Of a DNA stretch of 46,190 nucleotides, positions 21,318 through 31,413 are shown piece by piece; positions within the stretch are counted from its first letter, which is position 1; each line of letters starts with the position of its first letter. This stretch comes from Phycisphaerales bacterium (GTDB lineage Bacteria; Planctomycetota; Phycisphaerae; Phycisphaerales; UBA1924). Location: NCBI GenBank assembly GCA_041737685.1, contig JBGSRG010000240.1:1-46190 (forward strand). The letters are read 5' to 3'. A program made the translations under genes and the position numbers. The notes beneath the pieces were generated by a model that had not been told where the DNA came from, ran no database searches, and worked only from the letters and a program-made list of their open reading frames with translations.

Positions 21318-23435
21318 ATGTCTGTTCTTGCGGCAACAAATCTGAAGTACTCGATCGGAACGCGCGTCCTGCTCGACGGACTGTCGTTCTCGCTTGAACC
21401 TGGGCAGAAAGTCGGTCTTGTTGGACGAAACGGCGTTGGAAAGACGACGCTGTTCCGAGTGCTCGCCGGTCGGTTGAAACCGGACTCGGGAATGGTGGTG
21501 CTTCAGCGCGGCAGTAGGGTGGGATATCTGACACAGGACCCGGAACTGAATCTGGATCACACGCTGCTTGAAGAGGCCGCTGCGGGGATGACCGAACTGC
21601 GTCGCTTGCACGCCGAACTGGACAGTGTTTTTTATGACATGACGTTGCCCGAGAACGCGGGCGGCGAGCGGCTGGAACGATTGCTCAATCGGCAGTCAGA
21701 CTTGCAGACGGGAATCGATTCGATGGGCGGTTACGCCGTGGAGCATCGGGTTGAGCAGGTTTTGCACGGTCTTGGCTTCATTGACGATCAGTTTTCGCTT
21801 CCGGTGCGTGGGCTGTCGGGCGGGCAGAAGGGCCGGCTGGCGCTGGCGAAGTTGCTGCTTGAAAGCCCGGATTTGTTGCTGCTGGACGAGCCAACGAACC
21901 ACCTGGATATTGCGGGTCGAGAATGGTTGGAAGAGTTCTTGGCGAATGAGTTTGACGGGGCGGTGCTGCTCATTTCGCACGACCGTTACTTGCTGGACAG
22001 AGTGGTTGACCGGATCGTGGAGGTTGAGGCGGGCCGGATTATCGACTATCCGGGCAATTACACGGCGTTCACCGAGATTCGCAAGCAGCGATTGCTGACG
22101 CAGCAGCGTGCGTACGAGAATCAGCAGTCGGAATGGGCCAAGGAAGAGGACTTCATCCGACGCTTCAAGGCCGGTCAGCGCGCCAAGGAAGCGCAGGGCC
22201 GCCAGTCCAAACTTGAGCGGCAGAAAGAACTCTTCGCGATCGCGAGGCCAACGGAATCAGCATCGATGCGGATGATTCTGCCCGACGCGCCCCGCAGCGG
22301 CGACCAAGTAGCGAACATACGCGAGGCGGCGAAGTGGTTTGACAACGCCGTTCGTGAGGACGGTGTGCGCGAAGCAGTCGGAGAGGGCGCGACCACGCGA
22401 TTGACGCTGTTCGACGATCTGTCGGTCACGATTTCTCGCGGCGACCGCTGGGGCATCATTGGCCCGAACGGCGCGGGCAAGTCGACGCTGATCAAGTGCT
22501 TGCTGGGGCAGATGCCGCTCTCGGCGGGCACCTTCAAGTTGGGAGCGAGTGTGGTGGTTGGGTATTACGCCCAGTTACCGCCGCATGAGGATGCGGATCT
22601 GCGGGTGTACGAGTACTTGCAGTCGGTAATCCGGCGCGAGAACCCGGGGCAACTACTGAGCGAGCAGCAGGCGCGGGATCTGGCTGGCATGTTCTTGTTT
22701 TCTGGCTCTGAGCAAGAGAAGCCGATCGGGATGCTCTCGGGTGGCGAGCGTTCGCGGGCGCGGCTGGCCGGCTTGCTCGCTTCAGCGAAGAACCTGTTGG
22801 TGCTGGACGAGCCGACGAACCATCTGGACATTCCTTCGGCAGAGCGCTTGGAACAAGCGCTGCGATCGGGGGGTGACGGCGAGGGCTATCAGGGCACGCT
22901 GCTGCTGATCTCCCACGATCGCGCACTGATCGACGCGACGTGCGAGCACTTGCTGGTGTTCGATGGTGCGGGCGACGTGACGGTGTTTCACGGCAACTAT
23001 CGCGAGTATCACCGCAAACAGTTGGAACTTGCGAAGAGCGCTGACGCCAAAGCCAGGGAAGTCAAAGAGGCCAAGGAATCCAAAGCGGTTCGCGCCGTGA
23101 GCGTTGAAGCGACCAAGGGGAGATCCAACGCGGGCAAGGGCTCGTCAAAGCCGGCGGTTGGGGTGCCGCTTGTGACTGAACGGCTCACAAAGTCAGCGGC
23201 TTCCGGGGTCAGGCGGCCGAAGCCACAGACCGGGCTTTCGTGGATGCCGGCGGATCGGCTGGAGCGGGACATGGCCCGACTGGGGGAGGAACTGAAGGTT
23301 GCGGATGCTCTGCTTGCCGATCCGCAGTTATACGCGGACCCTGACAGATTCCGCAAAGCGATGAATGCCCGCAACGAGCTTGCCGTTCAGGTGGAAAGGT
23401 ACGAGGCAGAGTGGCTGTTCCGCTCGGAAAGTTGA
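21318..23435 (+). CDS. ABC-F family ATPase (Uup/EttA-like translation-associated ABC protein)
   Basis: Two ABC cassettes are present: GRNGVGKTT with LSGGQKGRLALA and LLLLDEPTNHLD, then GPNGAGKST with LSGGERSRARLA and LLVLDEPTNHLD. There are no transmembrane segments. A Lys/Ala-rich linker and a C-terminal coiled-coil tail are present. Confidence 0.9.
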   Translation: MSVLAATNLKYSIGTRVLLDGLSFSLEPGQKVGLVGRNGVGKTTLFRVLAGRLKPDSGMVVLQRGSRVGYLTQDPELNLDHTLLEEAAAGMTELRRLHAELDSVFYDMTLPENAGGERLERLLNRQSDLQTGIDSMGGYAVEHRVEQVLHGLGFIDDQFSLPVRGLSGGQKGRLALAKLLLESPDLLLLDEPTNHLDIAGREWLEEFLANEFDGAVLLISHDRYLLDRVVDRIVEVEAGRIIDYPGNYTAFTEIRKQRLLTQQRAYENQQSEWAKEEDFIRRFKAGQRAKEAQGRQSKLERQKELFAIARPTESASMRMILPDAPRSGDQVANIREAAKWFDNAVREDGVREAVGEGATTRLTLFDDLSVTISRGDRWGIIGPNGAGKSTLIKCLLGQMPLSAGTFKLGASVVVGYYAQLPPHEDADLRVYEYLQSVIRRENPGQLLSEQQARDLAGMFLFSGSEQEKPIGMLSGGERSRARLAGLLASAKNLLVLDEPTNHLDIPSAERLEQALRSGGDGEGYQGTLLLISHDRALIDATCEHLLVFDGAGDVTVFHGNYREYHRKQLELAKSADAKAREVKEAKESKAVRAVSVEATKGRSNAGKGSSKPAVGVPLVTERLTKSAASGVRRPKPQTGLSWMPADRLERDMARLGEELKVADALLADPQLYADPDRFRKAMNARNELAVQVERYEAEWLFRSES

Positions 23436-23646
23436 CCCAAGTTTGGTCGGTTGCCGATGCTTGCGCCGATGAAACAAGCAGCGGATGGAGCCGCTTGCTC
23501 AATTCGGGGTACACTTTCGTTCTCGTGCGACGGCGGAGGCTCTGTCGGCGGGGCTCGGCCTTGTTTCGTGCTGATCGCGCGATGCGGGGGTTGTTGTCTC
23601 GGACGCGAGAGCGTGCGAGGGGTTTGACTAGGTTCGAGGGGAAGGC

Positions 23647-24507
23647 ATGAACGGCTTGAATGGTTCGCAGGACGGATTGCAGGCGGATCGAGTTGACGGC
23701 AACGCGGACGCTCAAGCGACCGGGACAAACATGACTGTTCGCGGTCGGCGCGAAGTCCTGCTTGGTGGGCTAGCGCTTGGTGCCTTTTTGATCAGCGGAT
23801 GCAGCACGCGTCAGAGTTCCTCTGGCAGCGGGTCATACACCGTGTCGAATGCGCCGAGCGGTGGCTACGGTCACAAGCCCATCTACGGCCCGGGCACCGC
23901 GCCGTCGCCAGTTGTTCAGGGCCGATCAGCGCCGATGCCTTCGCCCGCGATGCAGACCGGCGAGTCGGTCTCGATCTTGCCCCGTAGCGTTTGGACGCGG
24001 CAGGGTGTTGCCCGCCCGCGAGAGTGTTACGACATGAACGGTGTGAGCCGGATCACGGTGCATCACTCGGCGATGGACAGCTCGGGGCTGCGGTCACAGA
24101 GCGACGTGGTTGGGCAGATCGAGTCGATCCGCGCCACACACGTGCGCAATGGCTGGGCGGACATTGGGTATCACTACGTGATCGATCCGCAGGGCAGGGT
24201 CTATGAGGCCCGGCCCGCGTGGAAGCAGGGGGCCCATGTCAAGGATCAGAACGAGCACAATCTTGGCGTGATGCTGATGGGTAACTTTGAGCATCAGCAG
24301 CCAACGTCTGATTCCATCAACTCGCTGCGCAGGATGGTGGCAATGCAGATGCGAAAGTATCGTGTGCCGCTGAATCGCGTCTACACGCATCGCGAGATTG
24401 GCAAGTCGGCGTGTCCGGGCCGTGTGCTTCAGGGCAACATGGTGGCGATGCGCTCTCGCAACGGGGCGCTAGCGATGGCGGTAGCGGACATTCCCGGTCT
24501 GGCCTGA
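23647..24507 (+). CDS. N-acetylmuramoyl-L-alanine amidase (Amidase_2/PGRP domain), probable lipoprotein
   Basis: The translation contains ITVHHSAMD, HVRNGWADIGYHYVIDPQGRVYEARP, GAHVKDQNEHNLGVMLMGNF and YTHREIGKSACPG. An alternative ATG at 23731 gives MTVRGRREVLLGGLALGAFLISGC (lipobox). Confidence 0.85.
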   Translation: MNGLNGSQDGLQADRVDGNADAQATGTNMTVRGRREVLLGGLALGAFLISGCSTRQSSSGSGSYTVSNAPSGGYGHKPIYGPGTAPSPVVQGRSAPMPSPAMQTGESVSILPRSVWTRQGVARPRECYDMNGVSRITVHHSAMDSSGLRSQSDVVGQIESIRATHVRNGWADIGYHYVIDPQGRVYEARPAWKQGAHVKDQNEHNLGVMLMGNFEHQQPTSDSINSLRRMVAMQMRKYRVPLNRVYTHREIGKSACPGRVLQGNMVAMRSRNGALAMAVADIPGLA

Positions 24508-25389
24508 TCAATCGGGTGACCGTACTTCAAGATCGATCTGCTCGATGGCGGTCGGGCTGCGCGAGCCTAGATCAATGCGGATGCAAACGCCCTTGGCGCG
24601 ATTGTCGCCATCGGCTACTTCGAGCGGAGTCGGCGACTGTACGGTCATGGCCTCAAGGGTGGCGCGTGCGTCGCGTCCGATGACGCTGCGGTGCGGCCCA
24701 CACATGCCGGCGTCGGTGATGGCGGCGACGGCGTGCTCGAGGATTCGGGCGTCGGAAGTGGCGACGTGAGTGTGCGTGCCAACCACGGCCACTACGCGAG
24801 CGCGAGCGGGCGAACTCCAACGTTCAACGCAGTGCCAGGCCATGGCCTGCTTCTCGCTGGTTGTTTCTGCGTGAATCTCGACGAGCACGATGGCATCTGG
24901 CTCGGGGATCGCCGCGAGTTCGCGGTCAACCGCATCAAAGGGGCTGTCGGCGGGGATAGGCATGAATACGCGGCCGAGCACGGTCAGTACGTAAACGGGA
25001 ACTGCCCCCGAATCGTCCGTTGCGGGGTTTTCGAGTCGGATGATCCGCTTGCCTGGGGCGGCGGCGGCGAGGTTGGCGGGACGGGCGATGGGCTCGTGCG
25101 GATCGTTGAGGAATGGCACGATGGCGCGGTCTTTGTAGCAGTGGTCGCCGAGTGTCACCGCGTCAACCCCGCCACGGGTCTGCGGCGGGCCTGGCGGCAG
25201 AGCTCCTGCCCGCCGGAGTTCGCGGTAGTTGTCAGGGCTGATTCCCGAGCCGTTGCGGCTGTTCTCGGCGTTGGCGATGATGAGCACGGGCTTGGCGGGT
25301 ACTCGGAGCGAGCGGGCCGCGGCGGCGACAGCCACTCGGCCAGGCGAGCCGACACAGTCGCCCAGGAACGCGAGCGTCAGTTCGCTCAT
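24508..25389 (-). CDS. ymdB: YmdB-family (TIGR00282-like) metallophosphoesterase
   Basis: The translation contains LAFLGDCVGSPGR, IIANAENSRNGSGI, VTLGDHCY, RPANL, HAETTSEKQA, VVGTHTHVATSDARI and ITDAGMCGP. The start overlaps the glgP stop in ATGA. Confidence 0.85.
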   Translation of the reverse strand: MSELTLAFLGDCVGSPGRVAVAAAARSLRVPAKPVLIIANAENSRNGSGISPDNYRELRRAGALPPGPPQTRGGVDAVTLGDHCYKDRAIVPFLNDPHEPIARPANLAAAAPGKRIIRLENPATDDSGAVPVYVLTVLGRVFMPIPADSPFDAVDRELAAIPEPDAIVLVEIHAETTSEKQAMAWHCVERWSSPARARVVAVVGTHTHVATSDARILEHAVAAITDAGMCGPHRSVIGRDARATLEAMTVQSPTPLEVADGDNRAKGVCIRIDLGSRSPTAIEQIDLEVRSPD

Positions 25390-28304
25390 GCGGTCCTCGA
25401 AGCCTCAGCGCTGGCGAATGTGAGGAGTGGGCCGTTGCGAATGAGGCCGGGGATGTAGGGATTGACAAGTCGATCGTCGGCCGGGAGCACGCGGACGAGC
25501 AGTGCGAGCTCATCGAGCGTGTACCGTTCGAGCGTTGCCTTGTCGACGCGGACTTGGCCGGAAACGGTCCAACTTGAGCGCTCGCTTGGGCTTGAGCGTT
25601 CGCTTGCGGGGCCGCTGCTCAAACCAGACTTTGTGTCGGGTGCGGTCGTCGTACCCGATGCCGCAAGCGGGAAGTGGCTGACTCGGTCGAGCCGCCCGCT
25701 GGCGTCGGGAACGCCGACGAGAGCCTGCACGAGAAGTTCGCTGTTGGAGAGTCCGCCCGAGTGTACCTGTGCTTCGATGATGACTTCGCCGCGAGGCCCT
25801 GCGGACTTGACTCGGCAATCGGTGACGGCGACGCGCGGCCAATGTGCCCGGAAGCGGGCGATCTGATCGGCAAGGCCTGCGGCGGCGCGGATGTCGCCCA
25901 TTCGGCGCGGGCCGGTCGATGTGCCGATGCCGGAAGTTGCGAGCAATCGAGATGCGGACTGATGAGCGGGAAAGTAGTACTGGCTTGCGTAGTCGTCGAT
26001 CATGCGGTGCGTGGTGAAGGCTGGCATGAGGGACGAGATGCACGATTTCATGCGAGCGACCCAGCCGCTGGGCACTGCACGGGTGGCAGATCCCGCCGCC
26101 GAACCCGAGTAGAACTCCGGAACGATTCGATCCTCGAGCAAGCGATAGAGCGATTCGGACTCGAAGGCTTCGCGGTCTTCGTCGGGGGCATCGTTCGGGT
26201 ACGTTCCGCGTGCCTCAATGTCGAAGCCCGCCTGCGGGTCGGTGACTTCATCCCACCAACCGTCGCGGATCGAAGCGTTCAGCACACCGTTCATCGCGGC
26301 CTTCATACCACTTGTGCCGCTGGCTTCAAGCCCGCGGATTGGGGTGTTGAGCCAAACGTCGCAGCCCTGCACCATCTTTCGAGCGACCTCGATGGAGTAG
26401 TCTTCGAGGAAGAGCACTCGCCCCGCCGCGAGCGGGCTTCTGGCAAACTCGACCAGTTCGCGGATGAGCAGTTTGCCCCAGCCGTCGCCCGGGTGGCTCT
26501 TGCCCGAGAGGATGAACTGGACGGAGCCGGGTTTGCCCTGGCCTTGAAGCAGAGCGCTGAGGCGCTGCGGATCTCGCATCATCAGCGTGGCACGCTTGTA
26601 GCCCGCGAAGCGCCGTGCAAAGCCGATGGTGAGGGCGTTGGGATCGAGCCGTGCAGTGATTCCACCGGATTTGCCAGAGGCGATCCGCTCGTTGCAGAAG
26701 GTGACCAGTTCGTGCCGTGCGGTGGTTCGTGCTGCCCACAGATCGGCGTCGGGGACTTTGGCGATGTCCTTCCACATCTCGGCGTCGGTGGGTCGCTCGC
26801 GCCAGTCGGGCGCAACGTGCTGATCGAAGAGTTTGGCGACGTGCGGACCGACCCAGAAGTCGGTGTGGACACCGTTGGTGACGTGGCCGATGGGCACGTC
26901 GTTGGCGGGAGTTTCTGGCCAGATATTCTGCCACATGCTGCGGCTCACCTCGCCGTGCAGGCGGCTGACACCGTTGCAGAACTTGCTGGTGCGAAGCGCG
27001 AGCACGGCCATTGAGAACGCCTCGTTGCGATTGGCGACGTCCTCGCGGCCAAGGGCCATAAGCCCTTCAAGATCGAGACCGAGTTCGACAGCCGACTCGC
27101 CAAGATAGTGCGAGACCAGTGCTGGGCTGAAGCGGTCAATGCCGGCGGGCACGGGAGTGTGCGTCGTAAAGACGTGCGACAGCGCTGCGGCCTCTCGGGC
27201 CTGATCGAACGTGGCGCCGGATTCGGCCCGGAACATACGGATTCGCTCGAGGGCGAGGAACGCGGCGTGGCCTTCGTTCATGTGATAGACGCTGGCGTGT
27301 TCGTTGCAGGCTTCGAGCGCACGGATGCCACCGACGCCGAGGATGAGTTCCTGCTCGATGCGGCGGGTCTGATCTCCAAGATAGAGGTTGGCCGTGATCT
27401 GGCGGTCGTGAAACGAGTTGTCGTCGAGATTAGTGTCGAGCAGGTAAAGCCGCACCGATCCGACGTCGGCCCGCCACACGCCGATCGAGACGTCGCGCTG
27501 CGGCAGGCGTACCGAGACACGCAGCGGATGCCGGCCGCTACTGTCGAGTACGCGTCGGATTGGCTGGCGTTCTGGGTCGATGCTCGGGAAGAGTTCTTGC
27601 TGCGTGCCGTTGCCGTCGAGCGACTGGTGGAAGTAGCCGTTGTGATAGAGCAGGCCGACGGCGACCAGCGGCAGGCCCAACTGGGCACAACTGCGCAGAT
27701 GATCGCCCGCGAGCAGGCCCAAGCCGCCGGAGTAGATCTGGCAGCACTCGGTCAATCCGAATTCGGCGCAGAAGTACGCCGCGAGGAACGGTCGCCAATC
27801 GCGTGAGAGTGCGGTCTGACGCTGCTTGAACCATGCACCGGAGTTTGGCCCGGAACGAAGGCCCGCGTGGGCCGCGTTGACGGCGTTTACGAAGGCCGGG
27901 TCTTTGGCCAGTTCGCTCAATCTCGCGGGGCTCGCCATCGCGAGCGTGCGCACGGGGTTGTGCACCGTGCGTTCCCAGAGTTGCGGGTCGATGTGATGAA
28001 AGACCGCGCGGGTTGCGTCGGACCAGACCCACGTCAGGTCGTAGGCTAGGTCAGAGAGCCGGCTGATCGGTTCGGGCAGATTGAGCGGGAGGCCGCGAAG
28101 ATGCGTTTGTGCCAAGAGTGATGGTCCTGAGCGTGTGGGAAGAATGATCGGCGGTGCCGGCGTTGGGGCTATGCGCACGTGCGTCGATGCGGAGGTGGGT
28201 CGATCAGATGCTGACGCGTCGGGAGTTGGGGTCGAGGGTGAGGGAAGTGGGCAGGGCGTTGTTGGCTGGGTGAAGGAATGCTCGAGAGCCTGGCCGTCGG
28301 CCAC
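25386..28304 (-). CDS. glgP: Alpha-glucan (glycogen) phosphorylase, GT35, DUF3417-containing type, with N- and C-terminal extensions
   Basis: The translation contains DLAYDLTWVWSD...FHHIDPQLWE (DUF3417), YFCAEFGL, GGLGLLAGDHL and LEASGTSGMKAAMNGVLNASIRDGWWDE (PLP-lysine region). The start at 28304 is a GTG preceded by GGGGA, so the start is uncertain. Confidence 0.9.
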   Translation of the reverse strand: MADGQALEHSFTQPTTPCPLPSPSTPTPDASASDRPTSASTHVRIAPTPAPPIILPTRSGPSLLAQTHLRGLPLNLPEPISRLSDLAYDLTWVWSDATRAVFHHIDPQLWERTVHNPVRTLAMASPARLSELAKDPAFVNAVNAAHAGLRSGPNSGAWFKQRQTALSRDWRPFLAAYFCAEFGLTECCQIYSGGLGLLAGDHLRSCAQLGLPLVAVGLLYHNGYFHQSLDGNGTQQELFPSIDPERQPIRRVLDSSGRHPLRVSVRLPQRDVSIGVWRADVGSVRLYLLDTNLDDNSFHDRQITANLYLGDQTRRIEQELILGVGGIRALEACNEHASVYHMNEGHAAFLALERIRMFRAESGATFDQAREAAALSHVFTTHTPVPAGIDRFSPALVSHYLGESAVELGLDLEGLMALGREDVANRNEAFSMAVLALRTSKFCNGVSRLHGEVSRSMWQNIWPETPANDVPIGHVTNGVHTDFWVGPHVAKLFDQHVAPDWRERPTDAEMWKDIAKVPDADLWAARTTARHELVTFCNERIASGKSGGITARLDPNALTIGFARRFAGYKRATLMMRDPQRLSALLQGQGKPGSVQFILSGKSHPGDGWGKLLIRELVEFARSPLAAGRVLFLEDYSIEVARKMVQGCDVWLNTPIRGLEASGTSGMKAAMNGVLNASIRDGWWDEVTDPQAGFDIEARGTYPNDAPDEDREAFESESLYRLLEDRIVPEFYSGSAAGSATRAVPSGWVARMKSCISSLMPAFTTHRMIDDYASQYYFPAHQSASRLLATSGIGTSTGPRRMGDIRAAAGLADQIARFRAHWPRVAVTDCRVKSAGPRGEVIIEAQVHSGGLSNSELLVQALVGVPDASGRLDRVSHFPLAASGTTTAPDTKSGLSSGPASERSSPSERSSWTVSGQVRVDKATLERYTLDELALLVRVLPADDRLVNPYIPGLIRNGPLLTFASAEASRTA

Positions 28305-28331
28305 AATCGGTCCCCGGTCTAGAAGTCGAAT

Positions 28332-29552
28332 CTAGGTGCGCTGATCGCGCAGCGCGGCGACCTTCATCGGCAGACCAAAGAGGTCGATGAAGCCACGCGC
28401 TGCGGTCACGTCGTAACCGTCCATGGCGAACGAGGCCAACTTCGGGTCGTAGAGCGACGAATCGGCTTGAGCGCTGAGTGCTTGAACGCGGCCCTTGAAG
28501 AGTTCCAGCGTCACTTCGCCCGTGACGGGTTTCTGCGTGTGATCGATGAACGCTTGCAGGGCCTCACGGAGCGGGTGGAACCACTGGCCGTTGTAAACCA
28601 GTTCGGCGTATCGCAGGGCCGTCAGTTGCTTGTGGTGCAGCGTGTCACGCTCGACGCAGAGTTGTTCGAGTGCCTTGTGGGCTTCGTAGAGCACCGCGCC
28701 GCCGGGCGTTTCGTATGCTCCGCGGCTCTTCATGCCCACTAGGCGGTTCTCGACCAGCACCACCTGACCTACACCGTGCGGACCGGCGAGAGCGTTGAGG
28801 GTTTCGATGATCTGCTCGCCGCGAAGTTCGCGACCGTTGACCGATACCGGGTTGCCGTGGCGGAAGGCGACCTTGACGGTCTCAGGCTTGTCTGGTGCCT
28901 GAGACACCGGTGCGGTCATGAGCCAGACGCGGTCCTCTACGCGTCGGTCGGGGTGTTCGATCTCCGCGCCCTCGTGCGAGCAGTGCCAGAGATTGCGATC
29001 TCGAGAATAGATTTTCTCTTTGGTCTGTGCGATCGGCACGTTCTTTTTGTGGGCGTAATCCACGGCAGCCTCGCGGCTGGTGAGCTCGAAGGAGGGGTCC
29101 TTCCAGGGCGCGATAATCTGAAGGTCTGGCCCGAGTGCCATGTAGGTCAACTCGAAGCGGACCTGGTCGTTGCCCTTGCCGGTTGCGCCGTGGCTGACCG
29201 CGTCGGCACCGGTCTTTCTTGCGGCCTGCACCTGTCCTTTGGCGATGAGCGGACGAGCAATGCTGGTGCCGAGCAGGTAGTCGTGCTCATACTGGGCGTG
29301 AGCCCGCAGCATGGGAAAGCAGTACTGCTCGGCGAACTCTCGACGAAGGTCTTCGATGATCACTTCGTCGGCCCCGCTCTTGCGGGCCTTGTCCTCGATT
29401 CCGTCGAGTTCGCCCGTTCCCTGACCCAAATCCGCGGCGTAGGCGACGAGCTTCACGCCCGGATAACGGTCCTTCAGCCAAGGCAGAATGACGGAGGTAT
29501 CAAGCCCGCCAGAGTACGCCAGAACGATTTTCTTCGGTGAAGTTGGCAACAT
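28332..29552 (-). CDS. argG: Argininosuccinate synthase
   Basis: The translation contains KIVLAYSGGLDTSVILPWL, SHGATGKGNDQVRFE and the SRDRNLWHCSHEG pattern. The length is 406 aa. Confidence 0.95.
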   Translation of the reverse strand: MLPTSPKKIVLAYSGGLDTSVILPWLKDRYPGVKLVAYAADLGQGTGELDGIEDKARKSGADEVIIEDLRREFAEQYCFPMLRAHAQYEHDYLLGTSIARPLIAKGQVQAARKTGADAVSHGATGKGNDQVRFELTYMALGPDLQIIAPWKDPSFELTSREAAVDYAHKKNVPIAQTKEKIYSRDRNLWHCSHEGAEIEHPDRRVEDRVWLMTAPVSQAPDKPETVKVAFRHGNPVSVNGRELRGEQIIETLNALAGPHGVGQVVLVENRLVGMKSRGAYETPGGAVLYEAHKALEQLCVERDTLHHKQLTALRYAELVYNGQWFHPLREALQAFIDHTQKPVTGEVTLELFKGRVQALSAQADSSLYDPKLASFAMDGYDVTAARGFIDLFGLPMKVAALRDQRT

Positions 29553-29723
29553 AAGTCGCTATGATAGTCGATCTACCCCGGTTTCTTGTCGGGCGGCTTG
29601 CGCAACCTTCGCACATAGTGCAGGTGGCACACCCGCCCGGAGTGGTGCACAATCGTCAGCACGGGCGATGAGGGCGGCGGGGACTTGCCTCAAGCGCGGC
29701 GAGCAATCAGATCAGGGAATTTC

Positions 29724-31313
29724 ATGCCACGACGCGTGAGACTTTTAATCGGCTGGATGTTCGTGGCGGCGATGGTGGCGATCGGTGCCCAATCGCCACG
29801 CGCTGAAGCACAGGTCCGGATCGTCAACTGGAACATCTCGAACTTTGGTGGTGGGCTGGTCAACGAACTGCGCACGGCTGTGTACGCCGAGTTCAACGGC
29901 CAGTCGATGTCGCCCGACGCGATCATCGTTGAAGAGGTCGTTGGCAACGGCGCCAACACGCTGGCGAGTTTGGTCTCAACATTGAACGGTGCGGTTAGTA
30001 GTCCCGGCGACTGGGCGGCGGTGCCCTTTGTCGCGAGCACGAACGACACCAGCAACGGTCTGGTGTATCGCACTTCAAAGTTGCAGTGGATCGCGACGCT
30101 TTCGCTGACGACGGGCACGGGTTCAGGGCCGATCAACCCGCCCAGAGACAACCAGCGTTGGCGGATGCGTCTGGTGGGATATACGTCGTCTGCTGCCGAG
30201 ATTTACATCTATGCGTCGCACATGAAGGCGGGATCTTCGCCCAGCGATCAGGATCGGCGTACGCCCGAGGCGACGCGCATCCGCAACGACACGGCCATGC
30301 TTCCGGCTGGTGCGCATTACCTGCTCGGCGGTGATTTCAACATTCAGTCGTCGAGTCAGACGGCGTACCAACTGCTGGTTGCAGGCGGCGATGGGCAACT
30401 GCTCGACCCGATCAACACGCCGGGGGGTTGGAACAACAGCAGCGCGTTCCGCTTTGTTCACACGCAGGATCCGGCGGGAGCGGGCGGCATGGATGATCGG
30501 CACGATCAGATTCTGGTCTCTCCCACGCTGCGCGACGGCAGCGGGCTTGCGTATCTGCCCTCGGTGTCGGGTGGCAACATCTTGGCACCCTATTCAACCG
30601 TTACGTGGAACGACATGAACCACTCGTACCGGGCCTGGGGCAACGACGGCACGAGCCTGAACACCACCTTGCGGACGTCCGGCAACACGATGGTTGGCCC
30701 GACAATCGCGCAGGCTTTGATCGACTCGACCAGCGGCGGCGGACACCTGCCCGTCTTTCTCGACATACAGGTTCCGGCTCGATTGGTTGCACCGGCGTTG
30801 ATCGACTTTGGCGATGTGGCGCTCGGGTCGGTTGCGGAAGTGATGATCGCGGTCTCGAACGGCATTGACCCCTCGGTTTGGAGTCGCACGGGAGTTGATA
30901 CCTTTGGGTTGGAGCGATTGAACTACACGCTCTCGGCATCGATGGGATTCACGGCTCCAGCGGGTGCGCTCTTCGATGATGCTGGCGGCGGTGTGAACAT
31001 GCACGTGATCGGGGTTGACACGTCGTCGACGGGACCAAAGGCTGGACTTCTCACCATCACCTCGAACAGTGCCGACGGCGGGATGGTGCTTGTGCCCATT
31101 TCGGCGAACGTGATCGTTCTTGGCCCGCCGGCCCCACCACCCGGCAACTACGACGTGAACGGCGATGGCCTGATCGACATTGAGGATCTGTACTCGTGGT
31201 ACGTGCTACTCACCGACGTTGATAACAACGGCACGGTGAACACGGTGGACCTCACGGCGTTGCGGTTTGCGCTGCGGTTCTATGAGCGAGCGGATGTTGC
31301 ACCGGGCAGATGA
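29724..31313 (+). CDS. Secreted endonuclease/exonuclease/phosphatase (EEP) family protein with a C-terminal dockerin/EF-hand-like repeat pair
   Basis: ATG 29724 gives the signal peptide MPRRVRLLIGWMFVAAMVAIGAQSPRAEA. EEP-like elements are RIVNWNI, IIVEEV, LLGGDFN and DDRHDQILVS. The C-terminus DVNGDGLIDIEDL...DVDNNGTVNTVDL resembles dockerin Ca-binding repeats. Confidence 0.75.
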   Translation: MPRRVRLLIGWMFVAAMVAIGAQSPRAEAQVRIVNWNISNFGGGLVNELRTAVYAEFNGQSMSPDAIIVEEVVGNGANTLASLVSTLNGAVSSPGDWAAVPFVASTNDTSNGLVYRTSKLQWIATLSLTTGTGSGPINPPRDNQRWRMRLVGYTSSAAEIYIYASHMKAGSSPSDQDRRTPEATRIRNDTAMLPAGAHYLLGGDFNIQSSSQTAYQLLVAGGDGQLLDPINTPGGWNNSSAFRFVHTQDPAGAGGMDDRHDQILVSPTLRDGSGLAYLPSVSGGNILAPYSTVTWNDMNHSYRAWGNDGTSLNTTLRTSGNTMVGPTIAQALIDSTSGGGHLPVFLDIQVPARLVAPALIDFGDVALGSVAEVMIAVSNGIDPSVWSRTGVDTFGLERLNYTLSASMGFTAPAGALFDDAGGGVNMHVIGVDTSSTGPKAGLLTITSNSADGGMVLVPISANVIVLGPPAPPPGNYDVNGDGLIDIEDLYSWYVLLTDVDNNGTVNTVDLTALRFALRFYERADVAPGR

Positions 31314-31413
31314 AGTGCGGCGGCCAACAAGGGTGGCGGATCGGGTGACTCACTCGGGCGCCGTGCGCAACGGGATCGAGCGATTGCCGGATCGCTGGGT
31401 CCCAGCGCCGCGC

